From the human T2T-CHM13v2.0 reference genome, Homo sapiens, in assembly GCF_009914755.1 (NCBI RefSeq), contig NC_060936.1: a stretch of DNA of 64,000 nt. The stretch is one strand, 5' to 3'. The notes under the pieces are model-generated. The model saw only the letters and a program-made list of their open reading frames with translations. It was not told where the DNA came from and made no database searches. Positions 1 through 18,200 of this stretch are shown one piece after another (positions within the stretch are counted from its first letter, which is position 1; each line of letters opens with the position of its first letter). Both the position numbers and the translations under genes were made by a program.

Positions 1-3660
<3,660 letters not shown>

Positions 3661-3714
3661 ATTCGTATTCTTGTTCAAACTCTTCTCACTGAAGCCTTTC
3701 TGCAATTCTTGAAA

Positions 3715-3815
3715 TTATACCACAGGGCCTTTGCACCATCCTTTTTCTGCCCAGCACACTTTACACTACGATTTGCCCTTAGTTAATGCCTACTCACACC
3801 TCAGGTCTCACCACA
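3715..3815 (+). mobile_element. L2 fragment
   Basis: cagggcctttgcac...cctactcacacctcaggtctca resembles the L2 3' region. Confidence 0.55.
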
Positions 3816-4339
3816 AATAACCACAATTTGTAAATTAGTTAATGATATTTTTGCTTCATGAGATAAAATAGCTAATTAAAAGCAACTTTTAAAAGACTAC
3901 AGTTGTGTTATAATACTAGTTACTATGATTTGCTTAGCATTTTAATTAGGTGAGTCCTCTAAGTCCACAGCTCTTAGGTTCTCTGGGTTTATCTCTCAAC
4001 ATAACAAGATAGCTTTCACAACTTAGCATCGCATCTTTTTACAAGTCCAAAAGTTGGGGGAAAGAGCAGGGGCCACTAGGCAAAAAAAATTAGCTTCCTT
4101 TATAGTGGAGACTAAAATATTTATTTATAAAATGCCTAGTACATAACTCCTTTTACCTCATTCAATAGAATTCAACAAATGAATAAATTAAAATGCAAAT
4201 GAGGTAATGAATTAATTTCTGGTAAAGAAGAATATGTGTCATTATCAAATTAGGTATTTTGTCACCCAGAACAAGTTCAAGTTCTCCTAGGAAAGAAGGA
4301 AGAAATAGTTATGGGTTGGCAAATAACCCTGTCTGCCAT

Positions 4340-4455
4340 CATTTATCAGCATACATCTGTTTTCATAATAACTCTGTATGTCTTCCTCATGAGACTCTAA
4401 GCATTGTGAGGTCAGAAACTGGGGATGAGTTGCTCACTATTATTTCCTTAGTGAA
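4340..4455 (+). mobile_element. L2 3'-end fragment
   Basis: tgtcttcctcatgagactctaagcattgtgaggtcag...gctcactattatttccttagtg resembles the L2a/b tail. Confidence 0.5.
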
Positions 4456-4559
4456 AACAAAATGAAACATAAGTGTTTTTCTAAATATAGTCATTGTGAA
4501 AATTCAAACTCCACACAGGAATGTCAATAGATACGGAAAAAAAATATGCTTAACTCACT

Positions 4560-4788
4560 CAGTTGTTCTTTACTGAGTGTGCCCCCAGATGGGATAGTTG
4601 TGAATGTCAGAAGACATTTTTGATGATCACACTGGAGGAAGAGATGCTACTAGCATCCAGTGGATAGGAGAACAGGAATGCTTCCAAACATACTGCAATT
4701 CACAGGCAGCCCCTGCTCAAAGAATTGCCTCATCCAAACTTACATGACATCTGATCTATGCCAACAATATCAAGGTTAAGAAACCCTA
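4560..4788 (+). mobile_element. MER20 (hAT-Charlie DNA transposon)
   Basis: cagttgttct...agacatttttgatgatcacactgg...tgctactagcatccagtgg...aggttaagaaaccct follows the MER20 consensus end to end. Confidence 0.85.
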
Positions 4789-5409
4789 GCTTAAAGTCAT
4801 TGCACTTTATTTGAAATGTTCTAGAAAAATTAAAAAACAGCTTCAGCAATCACTTTTGAATTTTTACCTTCACACTATTTCCCTCCCCATATCGTTCTGT
4901 CCTAAAGAAAAATATATAAAATATATGTTGTGTGCAAAAAGACAAAGAGTATATACTATGTCATTACTCCTGATTGAGGTTGGAAAGTTCAGGACCAACA
5001 CCTCCAATATGGATCAGTCAGGTATTTAGGCAAGAGATATTTCATGAGCTGGCAAACACTTTCTCTTATCTTCTTGCTGGATTTTAGGAACTCATGTTCA
5101 AGACAAATTGAGCACATGTTCTATCTGTAGAACGTATGCTCGAGTCATATTTTCTATCTAAAGAGGTATAAAATAAGTTTAATAGAAAGAACACAATTAA
5201 GAATAGTACTTTTGTGTCCTGCAAACCATTAATTTATAAATTATAGTTAATGTTTGTTCATCATCATATTTATCAGTAACAATGAACAAGAATATACCAT
5301 TTCCAGGCAAGGAATCTTAAGATGGAGGGTCCCATAAGACTAGAAGGCTTGCCAGCCTATGGAATATTTCTTAAATGGTAATTTCAGGCATCCTAAATTG
5401 GCTTTCCTG

Positions 5410-5855
5410 ATTATATTTGTTAGCTATAGCTGCCTTAACAAACGATCACAGTGGGGTGGTTTAAAACAAGACAAATGTATTCTTTGACTATTCTGTAGGT
5501 CAGAAGCCTGAAATCAAGATTATCAGCAGAACTGCACTGCCCCCAGAGGCTCCAGGGGATAATCCTTCTTTGTTTTGTCCAGCTTCTGGTGCCTGTCAGC
5601 ATTCTTTTCCTTGGTTTTTGGCTCCATGAGTCCAATTTCTGCTTCTGTCTTTTCACCACCTTCTCCTCCGTGTGTCAGTTCTCTGTATGTGTCTCTTATA
5701 AGGATACTTACTGGAGTTAGAGCCTAGCCTGAGGATCCGGGATGAACTTATCTCAACATGCTTAACTTAATTACATCTGTAAATACCCTTTTTCCAAAAA
5801 GGAGACATTCATAGCTTCCAGATATCTTCTGCAGAGTCATTTTTCACTTCACCAC
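5410..5855 (-). mobile_element. MLT1 (ERVL-MaLR) LTR, MLT1C/D-like
   Basis: gctgccttaacaaa...aaatgtattct...ccagcttctggtg...cttataaggatac...ttaattacatctg motifs. Confidence 0.8.
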
Positions 5856-6075
5856 GTTGTTCATCGATGGTTGAATATTTTGCTTTCACTTTAAATATTA
5901 ATTTCTAAAAGATTCTATACTTCAGTCACTTCACCTTAGCAAAGGTTATACAGATTTATAATATGGCTCATATTTATAAGTCTCCGTTATTGGTTGCATT
6001 GCTGTGGGGATATTTTTCCTTCTGTCATGCAGCTGGCAAAAATCATTCATTTTTTATCAATGTCAACTGCATTAT

Positions 6076-6345
6076 TTGTTTGTTTGTTTGCTTGTGTTGA
6101 GACAGAGTCTCTCTTGCTCTGTTGCCCAGGCTGGAGTGCAGTGGCACATCTTGGCTCACTGCAGCCTCCGCCTCCGGGATCAAGCGATTCTCCTGCCTCA
6201 GCCTCCTGAGTAGCTGGAATTACAGGAGCATGCCACCATGCCCAGCTAATTTTTGTATTTTTAGTAGAGACAGGGTTTTGTCATGTTGGCCAGGCTTGCC
6301 TCAAACTCCTGACCTCAAGCAACCCATCCTCCTCGAGCTTCCGCA
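6076..6345 (-). mobile_element. Alu (AluS/J), slightly 5'-truncated
   Basis: (TTTG)n tail, then gagacagagtct...ccaggctggagtgcagtgg...cctgacctcaag. Confidence 0.95.
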
Positions 6346-6655
6346 GTGTATTATTTGTTTATAATGACAATATTACACAGAGTATAAAAATCTAATCTAG
6401 ATCACAATTTTCCGACGTTGAAACCTACTGTGTAGCCATACCCACCATAGCAGGTGGGCTATTCCATAAATGTTCTCTGATATTGCAATTCATCTTATTG
6501 TTAAAAATGTAAATACTTTTGGAAAATATTTCCAAATATGTTTCCCCTAGGTCTCTCAAAACATGTAAAATATTAAGGTGATGTAAAACCTGGTTTCATT
6601 TTGTAATTGTCCAAAAGAAAGAAAGTAAATTTTTCCTCATATTCTAAAATATATG

Positions 6656-7068
6656 TTTCATGCACGTCCATGTGAAGAGACCACCAAACAGGCTTTGTGT
6701 GAGCAACATAGCTGTTTATTTCACCGGGGTGCAGGCGGGCTGAGTCCGAAAAGAGAGTCAGAGAAGGGAGATAGGGGTGGGGCTGTTTTATAGGATTTGG
6801 GTAGGTAAAGGAAAATTACAGTCAAAGGGGGGTTGTTCTCTGGTGGGCAGAGTGGGGGTCACAAGGTGCTCAGTAGGGGAGCTTTTGAGCCAGGATGAGC
6901 CAGGAGAAGGAATTTCACAAGACCATGTCATCAGTTAAGGCAGGAACAGGCCATTTTCACTTCTTTTGTGGTGGAATGTCATCAGTTAAGGCAGGAACCG
7001 GCCATCTGGATGTGTACATGCAGGCCACAGGGGATATGATGGTTTAGCTTGGGCTCAGAGGCCTGACA
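6656..7068 (-). mobile_element. Solo LTR7 (HERV-H LTR), 413 bp
   Basis: Reverse complement runs TGTCAGGCCTCTGAGCCCAAGCTAA...CATGAAA, with two TTCCTGCCTTAACTGATGACAT repeats, TATAAAA and AATAAA; perfect 5-bp TSD ATATG (6651-6655, 7069-7073). Confidence 0.96.
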
Positions 7069-8850
7069 ATATGAAGCACTGGGAGCACTTCTAATTAATT
7101 AATCTTATTGCAAGACACAATATAAATACAAAAAAAATAAAATATTTTATACTTGCACTTACTTTTTTTTGAAAACAAACTTTACTTTTGTAAACTTTAA
7201 TAAACATAAAAATAAACAAATGCACATACACATACAATCCTTAGCCTACAGATTTTTCAGGGGCGAGTAACAGGAAAGGTTAATTTGAATTGCATATACA
7301 AGACAGCACCTATAAAAGCCAAAAATAGTTTGTTCTGGTTTGTTAGCTTCCAAGCAGATATTTTTACAAAAAAAGGGTACATTTTTAAATAACCGTGAAG
7401 AAGTTATGTGCAAAAATTCTGTTCATGTATAACAGAATTTGTGCTAATACCTCCTACACACTACTTTTAAAACACACCCCTCTCTGGTTTAGAGATTGTT
7501 GTCAAAAAAGAGACTGTGACTTGAAAAGAAATGGATATTTACAGAAAAAAAACCTTGTTACCAGCAAAAAACCTTAATACAACTGATAATTTAAAATAAT
7601 AAATAGAAAGATAAATACGTACATATATATGGGTATATGTACAAATATGTTTATATAAGATATATATATATCTTATAGATTGCCTTAAAAAATAAACAAA
7701 AACCTAAAAGTAAATGAAGATCCCAGACTTAAAGAAATGTTAAAAATATATTATTTACAATACAATTTTCTGTTTAGAGATCCTGTTTTTCTAAATGCCT
7801 TTACGATATTATATTGGAAAGAAGTCTGATTTATAGTATTTAAGAATGCTGGCACAATAACCTGAATACTAGTGTGTGATCAAGGAAAAGAAACTATATA
7901 GGTTACTATATGCCTAGGCATTTCTCTTTACAAAAGAATAATGATGTCAGGAACAGTATTTTTGTTGAAGAGCCTCTGGTCAAAAGCAAAGGACATTTGA
8001 TAGCTAAATCTAAGGAGGAGGCAGGAAGTGAATGAAGACAAACACAAGGAAATAAGTATTTGATTGTGGCTGAAAGACTGGAGCACATAAAACCATGCAG
8101 ATTAGCAAACCAAAGGTTCCAGCTTTCCTTCTGAGCTGTAATTTCCTGAGAACAAATAGGCATTAACTGGGTACCCTCAATTCACAATGCCTACTAATTG
8201 CCAATGATAAAAATAAGCCTCCTGCTTCTAATCCCCAAACCTCCCACTTTGTTTCTGTGAATACCATTTGTGAATTTGCTCCTTCTATTTCTCCTATGAT
8301 AAAGCATGCCTCGAAGTAGCATAACTGTTTTGTATGCTTCTATATTTAAAATTAGACAGATCTAATCAAAACAAGGAATGAATGCCTTAAAAAAAACTTT
8401 CATAAGTGTAAAGATTTATTAACATTTTAACTTGTTGACCAGTCATTTAAAATTATGCACCCATAGAGACTTTTATAAAAAAAAGTCTATAATTAAACAC
8501 CTAAGAAGATACCAGTATATGCTGTATCAATGCTTAATATTTTGCAAAACAAAGATATCTCATAGTTTTCATTGGGATTTGAAAATAACTGATTTCGAAA
8601 GAGGAATTAAATATCCATATGAAGCTGTCCCATTATGTTTTAGGATTATGTGTTTCCTACTTGTTAATATTAAAGAATATAATTTATCTGAGTTAAACAA
8701 CATACTTGTTTATGGTAACAAAATCTGAAGCTAAATAAAAGTAACAAAAATGGCAATTTTTAAATCCTTAATAAGTAGTTGCTACTGTTAAGAATATTTT
8801 TACAATCAAGGCTTTGTAAAGACAGCAAAGTCTATACTCTCATTTAGTGA

Positions 8851-9400
8851 TGAGGGAGACCAGAATATGCCACCCCAAAATATGCTTCTTTGGCATGAGG
8901 ATTGTTTTGAGCTGAAATAAATTCAGGAGTAGCATATGCAGGAAGGCTCTTGGCACTCAATCTATTTGCTTAACAGCAGGTCATAGATTAACAATGACAA
9001 AAAGTATCACCCCTACCTTGCACCAAGGAAGAGAAAGGATGATCTCTGAAGACACGTTTAAACCTTTATCAGCCTAGAGACCACATCAGTGGAATCTACT
9101 TAATGAGATTTGCTAACTTATCTGCCATTTGTTTGCGTTCTCCCAGTTTGCCACCCCTAGAGACTTAAAGCTCTTTTTTTGGGGGGGGTCTTGTCTTTGT
9201 CAGTTGTCACTGTAAACTGAAATGTAAAGCCACCTCTCTGAGAATTACTCATTCCCTGGTTATTTTCCATGTAGACTATATGAACCATATGTATTAATAA
9301 TATTCTGTTTGTTCTTCTCTTGTTAATCTGTCTTTTGTTCCAGGGGTCCATTGTAAGAATTTTTGAGGGTTGAGGAAAAAATTATCTTTCCTCTCCTACA
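8851..9400 (+). mobile_element. Solo ERV1 LTR, MER34-like
   Basis: Starts tg..gaccagaatatgccaccccaaaatatg, ends ...ttcctctcctaca; imperfect 4-bp flanks gtga/ggga. Confidence 0.75.
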
Positions 9401-9847
9401 GGGAAAACTTGCACTTTTTTCGTACTTTTCTTTTTTATTCTCTCATAACTGACATATTCCTTTTTGGCCTCTGATAAATATCCTGCAATATCTTATTGGT
9501 TTCTTTTCCAAATTGCCATATAATTGTTGAACGCTGGCTCACCAAACATCATCAAATATCCTGTCGTTAAGATAAAGTTGAGCTAATTGCTTATAAGGGT
9601 AAAGGAGAACACCACTTCTGGGAAGCTTTGGCAGTGTCTGGAAGGGAAAAAGACAAGGTCTGAATTTACTGAGAGGTGGAAGCTTGGCTTAAGGAGGATC
9701 TCTCAATGTGAAGAGAAGGGTGGACTTGATTGGGCAGTCAGTGCAGTCAACTATGATCAACAACGGGATCAGTGAAAACTGCAAGATGAGTATTTTGAGG
9801 TGAGAGATTCAAAAGATTTTAGGGCATGACCTGTCTGATTATGCATT

Positions 9848-10525
9848 TGTCAACTTAATAAAGACAAAGTTCATAAATTTGGAAAGGAGAGCTTTATTTC
9901 TCATGTAGAGTTGCAGCCTGCATGGTGGCTATTGTGATAGGCTGGGAAGCATAACCTCTGGGTGGAAGCCAGAAACAGGCACTTCAGGCATGGAAAGATA
10001 AGATGGGAATTGATGCTGAATGGCATGGCTGAGTATAAGCATTCAATAAGCTATAAGAGGAGTCATAATTTTTAGTGAAAGGAGAAACATGAAGATGTGC
10101 AATTGAGCTCCATCCTCTTTCCATGGGTCAAATAGCAGCTTTAGCATGATCCAAAGGTAGAATTTTCAACCCTGTGAAGTCAAAAGGTGAAGCAGAGGAC
10201 ATGAAGGTACTCAGTGCCCATCGTCCATAGTCTGGCCAGAACCACTCCATAGTCAGTGGTCCCTTATCAGGACGGAATGCTAGTCAGTTGTGTCAAAACT
10301 GCAAAATCAAAGGGGAAGCATCAGTGGTGGAGTGAGTCTTTCCACGGGGCTGGTTTCTATTTAACGCTTAGGAAAGAAAGCCTAATGGTGGTTGGTGAGG
10401 TAGAGGGTATAATGAAGCATGTCAGGAGCTCACTTTTCTAGGTTTTTCTGAGGTCTCCTTGGCCAAGAGGGAGTCCATTCAGTTGGGTGGGGGGCGTAGA
10501 GTTTTATTTTATTTCTAAGTTTCCA
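9848..10525 (-). mobile_element. ERV1 LTR of the MER4 group
   Basis: TG...CA ends; right end ccttggccaagagggagtccattcagttgg...ggggcgtagagttttattt is typical of MER4-group LTR 5' ends; AATAAA on the minus strand near the left end. Confidence 0.7.
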
Positions 10526-10644
10526 CTGAAGAGTGGATGGAGCATTCTTTAAGTTCCTGTAATGAACAATTACAGAAATTATTATTATATTTATACATGC
10601 TTTTTGACTTGTTTCTTCTGTTTTTGTTTTTCTAATATTTAATG

Positions 10645-11548
10645 TTTATTTTTATTTTAATAATTTTGGGGGTACAGGTGGTTTATAGTTACATGGATAA
10701 ATTCTTTAGTGGTGATTTCTGCTATTTTAGTATACCTGCCTCCTCAGTAGTGTACCTTGTACCAAGTAGGTAGTCTTTTATCCCTCACTCCCCTTTCACG
10801 CTTCCACCGAGTCCCCAAAGTTCATTATATTATTCTTATGCCTTTGCATCCTCATAGCTTAGCTCCTACTTATAAGTGAGAACATATATTTGGTTTTCTC
10901 AATCCTGAGTTACTTCACTAAGAATGATGTCCTCCAGCTCAATCCAAGTTGCTAAAAAAGTCATTTTTTGTTCCTTTTGTGGCTCAGTAGTATTTCACGG
11001 TGTATACAGACCATATTTTCACTATCCACTTGTTGGTTTATGGGCATTTCAATATGAAATACATGGTTCCATATCTTTGCAGTTGCATATTGTGCTGCTA
11101 TAAACATGTGTGTGCATGTGTCTTTTTCATATAATGATTTATTTTCCTTTGGGTAGATACCCAGTAGTGGGATTGCCGGATTGAATGATAGTTCTACTTT
11201 TAGTTTGCTAAGGAATCTCCATACTGTTTTCCATAGTGGTTGTACCTAATTTACATTTCCATCAGCAGTGTAGATGTGTTCCCTTTTCACCATATCCAGG
11301 CCAACATCTATTGTTCTTTGACTTTTAGTTATGGCCATTCTTGCAGCAGTAAGATGATATCTCATTTTGGTTTTAATTTGCATTTCCCTGGTGATTAATG
11401 ACGTTAAGCATTTTTTCATATGTTTGTTGGCTGTTTGTATATCTTCTTTTGAGAAATGTCTATTAATGTTCTTTGCCCACTTTGATGAGATTATTTTGTT
11501 TTTTCTTTCTGATTTTAGTTCCTTGCAGATTCTCAATATTAGTGCTTT
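10645..11548 (-). mobile_element. L1PB-type 3' end, 5'-truncated
   Basis: ttttgggggtacaggtggtt...tttagtggtgatttc 3'UTR; ORF 11246-11563 encodes the ORF2 C-terminus ([18 protein letters not shown]). Confidence 0.9.
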
Positions 11549-11549
11549 G

Positions 11550-12672
<1,123 letters not shown>

Positions 12673-12711
12673 AAATCAATTTCTCCCAATCAATTGCATT
12701 CTATTGATTGC

Positions 12712-13021
12712 AGTCTTTTAAATAAATGGGATTAGAAAAACTGAATACACATATGCAGAAGAATGAAATTAGTTCCTTATCTCATACCAAATACAAATAC
12801 AAACTCAAAATGGATTAAAGACAATATAAGATCTGCAACAATAAAACTACTGAAAGAAAACATAGAAATAAAATCTTCATGACATTATCTGGCAATGATT
12901 TTTTGGATATAACCCTAAAAGCACAGGCAACTAAAAGCAACAATAGACAAGTGGATTACATCAATATAAAAAGCTTCCCCAAAGCAAAAGCAACAATCAA
13001 TAGAGTGAATATGTAATCTAT
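12712..13021 (+). mobile_element. Inverted 5' segment of the same L1MA (ORF2)
   Basis: Sense ORF2 sequence atatgcagaagaatgaaa...aaagcacaggcaac...acaatcaatagagtgaa; in consensus coordinates it adjoins the end of the minus-strand piece. Confidence 0.8.
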
Positions 13022-13078
13022 AACATTATTTTTGCAATTTGTTTTATTTTGTTTTATTTCAGTAACATTTTTGTTTGT

Positions 13079-13459
13079 TGTATTAGTTCCTTCTCACACT
13101 GCTAATAAAGACATACCAGAGACTGACTAGTTTATAAAGGAAAGAGGTTTAATTGACTTACAGTTCAGCATGGCTGGGGAGGCCTCAGGAAACTTACAAT
13201 CATGGCAGGAGAGGAAGCAAACAGACCCTTCTTCACATGGCAGCAGCAAGGGGAAGTGCCAAGCAAAAGGGGGAAAAGCCCCTTATGAAACCATCAGATT
13301 TCATGAGAACTCACTTAATGATCACAAGAACAGCATAAGAGTAACTGTCCCCATGATCCAATTACCTTCCACCAGGTCCCTCCCATAACACGTGGTGATT
13401 ATGGAAACTATGGAAACTATGAGATGAGATGTTGGTGGCAACATAGCCAAACCAAATCA
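13079..13459 (-). mobile_element. Solo THE1 (THE1C/D) LTR
   Basis: tgtattagt...ggcctcaggaaacttacaatcatggc...agccaaaccaaatca; 5-bp TSD TTTGT. Confidence 0.92.
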
Positions 13460-13694
13460 TTTGTTTTCTTGTTTTGTAGTTATTCTGACATTTTAACCCT
13501 ACAAACAAATAAGCAATGAACTATTTTATCATTGTTCTTGTATGTTTGTATGTGTATGCCTGTTTGTTTTTTATATAGTGTATCATTGTTATATAAAATG
13601 TATGTATACAGGAGTATTTTGGATAGGTTTAGAAGATGTGGCTTTTAAATTTTAGTAGGTTTTACTAGATTACTTTCCCAGAAAACTCTACAAC

Positions 13695-13996
<302 letters not shown>

Positions 13997-14118
13997 CCAA
14001 CTTTTTATTACCATCAGTAGTTTGTGAAAATAATTTTTTACCCACATTAATGTTAATACTGTATTTTTATTATTGAAACAACAATAACAGCAACAAACTG
14101 AAATCACCTTACTGGTGG

Positions 14119-14408
14119 TGATATGGCTTGGATCTATGTTCCCACCCGAATTGTAATCCCCAGTGTTGGAGGTAGGGCCTGGTTGGAGGTGCCTGGATCA
14201 TGGGGGCGGAATTCTCGTGAAGGGGTTAGCACCATCTCTTTGGTGCTGTTTTCATGATAGCGAATGAGTGAGTTATCATGAGATCTGGTTGCTTAAAAGT
14301 GTGTAGCACCTCCCCTTCCTCTTCCTACTACTCTAGTCATGGTAAGATGTGCCTGCCTCCCCTTTGCCTTCTGTATGATTGTAAGTTTTCCGAGGCCTCC
14401 CCAGAAGC
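14119..14408 (+). mobile_element. MSTA LTR, 3'-truncated
   Basis: tgatatggcttggatct...tgtaatccccagtgttggaggt...gaggcctccccagaagc. Confidence 0.88.
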
Positions 14409-15169
14409 TTTTTAGAATCAATATTCAAGTCAATTTGTTAGGCTCTTTCAATTTCAAATCAATTAGTGATGATAGAAAAAGGTACTTCAATTTCATGCTT
14501 TACACAGACCAGAAATCCTTGGGCCCTTTGTTGTTTCTTGGTGGTAAGCTTTTTTACCCCCCAAAGTCTCTCCAGGTACTAGAGTTACAATCTCCCAACC
14601 CTAGGGACCAGGGATAATTTAGTCCCATAGTGCTGTTGCCTGTTTTGTTGTCCAAGTATCTTCAAAACCACATGCTTCACTTCCCTGAAGAGGATTGTAA
14701 AGATTACAGTACTTCCATCAGTTAATTCTCTAATGTCAATAAATTACACTGCACATCTCTTCTGAGTTTCCTTTGGCTATTAATTTAAACTGTTATACTA
14801 ACAAAATTTAAAACTGCACACAAAAAATTTCCAAGTCATAAACTAACATGCTAATAGCTATGACCCATCAAAGATCTATTTAAATGTTTATTATAAACTA
14901 TGTAGAGTTCAGTAAACACAAATTATCAGAGAAAAGAGGAAGAAAATACACCCTTGTATAAATAATATAATCTACTCTCAGTAATTTTAGATCTTTAATT
15001 TGGTCCTGCATCATATATTCTTTCTTTCCAGTTTGAATCAATTGTAAATCTTACAGTACTTCACCATTAAATTGCCTACTGTCATTCAATTATATATCAA
15101 TAAATTACATATATGGATACATAATATATACACATATATACCTGTATCCACTTATATGTATATTAAACC

Positions 15170-16375
15170 ATACATTATTTTATACTGATATCTGCAACTC
15201 AAACTCATTCCCTTGTGAGTCATTCCAGCTTTCTCCCCTCTTTGTTGTGACCTCCCACTCCAACAGTGAAAATATGCTTTTTACCATATGAATTCGTTTA
15301 CCTCCATTCCACTATATATATGTATAGTGGTATCAGAGGTCACATAGACTTTCTCTAATGGTTTGTACTTCTGGATATTTTGAAGTTTTGCAGCTAGCAT
15401 TTAGGTTAAAATACATATTGAGTTATTTTTGTTTAAGGTGTAAGTTATGTCTTAGTAGGGCTTTCTTTTTTTTTTTTTTCACAGTCATTCAATTCTTCCA
15501 GCATCATTTGTTGAAAAGAAAGGGCTACGCTTTCATTATTGAATAGTTTTTTTTTTTTTTTGCAATTTTTGTTAAAAGCGAGTTGAGTATACCTCAGTAA
15601 GTTTATTTCTAGGTTTCTATTTTTGCCTTTGCTCAATATATTTATTCCTTTGCAATCCTATACTGTCTTGATTACCATAACTTTATTAAGTCTTGAAATC
15701 AGGAAGTACACATTATCCAACTTTGTTCTTTAGTTTGTGATGGCCACTATAGGTTATGCCATCCTATACAAATTTTCAAACCATTTAATTGATATCCATA
15801 AAATACCTTGCTGAGAATTTATTTGGGATTTTATCAAATCAATCAATAAATTTGGGAATAATTGACAGTAGCATAATATTGAGTCTTCCAATCCATGAAC
15901 ATAGAATATATTTCCATTTATTTGTTTCTTTGATTTTTAATTAGTTTTCTTAGTTTTCTACATATATATCATGTAGATATTTTGTTAGTTTTATACCTAA
16001 GCATGGGGAGGGGTAATTATTCACAAAAGTATTGCCATTTTAATCCTTATATCCTGCAACCATTCTATATTTGCTATTAGTTGCAAAAGCTTTTTGTTTT
16101 TTGTTGGTAATTTTTGTGTTTTTGTCTACAGAGGCAATTAATGCAACTGAGAATAAAAACATTTTAATTTCTTCCTTTGTAATTGGAATGCCTTGTATTT
16201 TTTTTTATTGTTACATTGCCATAGCACATAATTCAAGTGTAATGTTAAATGGGAGTGGTAAGAAGAGATATCATTGCTTTATTCTTGATTTTAGGATAAA
16301 AGCATCAAGTTTCCCATCATTAAGTATGAATATAGGTTTTTATAGATCATTGTTTTCAAGATAGGAAATATTTGT
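15170..16375 (-). mobile_element. Old L1 (L1MC/L1MD-like) 3'UTR and ORF2 remnant
   Basis: ccagcatcatttgttgaaaag, ttgagtcttccaatccatgaacatagaata and gggagtggtaagaag motifs of antisense ORF2. Confidence 0.75.
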
Positions 16376-16378
16376 ATC

Positions 16379-16565
16379 TGTAGTAGTTTCCTAGGGATGC
16401 TATTATAAATTACAACAAACTGAGTGGCTTTACATGGCAGAAATGTAGTCTCTCAAGTTCTGGAGGCTAGAAGTTCAAAGTCAAGGGTCAATAGGGCCAT
16501 GCTTCCTCTGAAGGCTCTAGGAAAGATTCTTTCTTTACCTCTTACTGGCTTCTGGTGATTCCTTA
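16379..16565 (-). mobile_element. MLT1 LTR fragment
   Basis: tgtagtagtttcctagggatgct...ttctggaggctagaagttcaaagtcaagg. Confidence 0.8.
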
Positions 16566-16629
16566 TCAGTCTTGTTCAACATCGTACTCTAAAGGTGGTC
16601 TAGGTATCTTGCTAGAGGTACACCACTAT

Positions 16630-17070
16630 GGTACTATGTAATTATCCAAAAGGGAAGCTGGGACAGGTGCTGGCCAATATGGGCTGCTGTCCTTCACACA
16701 CTGTAAGAGATCACTACTGGAAAAGCTGCCTGGGCTGCTTGAACACGACATTTGCAAAAGCACACACACTTTAGGAAATGGAGGCTGGAGAAGTTGCGTA
16801 CACTGTAGCCACTTGGCACTGAAGAAGCTTTGTGTGGTTCAAGATCACGTGCTGGGCAGACATAAGCACTGAAGGAGCTAGATGCTACAGGGGTACTAGA
16901 GAAGCTGATAAAACACACCAGAACCAAGAAGAACCCTCTTGTTTCTGCAACATCTTTTCTGTACCTTTTACAAATAAAGCATAACACCATGCAAACTAGA
17001 AACATAAAGAAAGAAATAAAAGAATCAGCTGAATTTTCATAGAGCAGGCAGTGAGGGTGAATTTGCAGAA
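16630..17070 (-). mobile_element. Old ERVL LTR, LTR41/LTR52-like
   Basis: ccagaaccaagaag...aaagcataacaccatgc...agagcaggcagtgagggtgaatttg resembles the antisense 5' end of this family. Confidence 0.5.
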
Positions 17071-17101
17071 TAGAAGGAATTTTTTATGATTTAATATTGT
17101 C

Positions 17102-17260
17102 TTTTTTTTTTTTTTAAACATTATCTCACTGTGTTACGCAGGCTAGGGTGAAGTGGCACAGTCCTAGCTCACTGCAGCCTCAAACTCCTAGGCTCAAGGA
17201 TTTTCCTGCCTTGGCCTTCCAAAGTGCTGGGATTACAGGTGTGAACCACTGCATCTGGCC
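17102..17260 (-). mobile_element. Alu monomer (FRAM-like or internally deleted AluJ)
   Basis: Poly-T followed by a single ~145 bp arm. Confidence 0.85.
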
Positions 17261-18037
17261 CATTTATCTTAAAAATAAAATGAAGTACAAAGTTATCTAG
17301 TTAACTCTCATTTTCTTTTTCTTCTGTTTTTAAAAGTAATGTGGTCTTGTAATAGCAGCATGAAAAAACAGAATAAGAACACTCTCTCTTCTTTCCTTTT
17401 TACTTTCCCTCTCTCAGAGTAAGTGAGAAAAATATGCATAGTGTACAGCTTCATAATCCATTTTCATTCTGTTTCTATCTTCCAATGCAATAATATAATA
17501 TTTAGGTCTTGGCTTTTTAGTTTATTATATGCAACCAGAAATAAAATTATATCATAATATAGTAGTTGTATAATTTTAAAATGTGCTACTAAGTTTATAT
17601 AGCCTGAGTCTATTAAATATATAGTACCTGAAACTTGGAATTTATTTAAAGTAGAAACATGGTTTTTAATAATTGCATATTATAATCTCTTCACCAAACC
17701 TGTGGCAAGTCAGATTTACTACCTGTATTCAAAAATATAGATATTCAGTAGGTTCAAGTAAGGGGCATGAAGTGCATTTTGTTTATCCAGCTTTAGTAGT
17801 ATTTTATTTTTATTCTTTTATTTTATCTATAGACTTTGATTTTTTTCTATAGTGGTAGCTACCCATCATAATGATTTTTCAGATAACAAGAGTTCAGCTA
17901 ATGTCTTCGTAGACTTTAAGTCCAATTAATTCTGTATTAAAATAAGAACTTTGAATGTGAAAATGGGTAATAGTGATGCTAGAACAAGGCTCTGCCCACA
18001 GCTTCCATCTGTTAAACTAATTGTGTTTATATAAAAT

Positions 18038-18200
18038 AATAGAATCACAGAACATTAGTCTTGGAAGGAGACATTTATATTATTTAAAATAATCATCTTT
18101 CTTATGGCTGAAGAAATGGAAACCTAGGGTATTTTCTCAGAGTGAAAAAGTGCTGGGATTTGGAGTGGGGAATTGAGCAGTTCTACTTGTTTTGACATAG
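18038..18200 (-). mobile_element. MIR fragment
   Basis: tagaatcacagaac...ttggaaggagac...gaagaaatggaaacctag. Confidence 0.5.

Noticed and set aside
9525-9847. Possible older LTR interrupted by the MER4-group LTR
   Set aside because: Family, ends and TSD could not be established from the sequence
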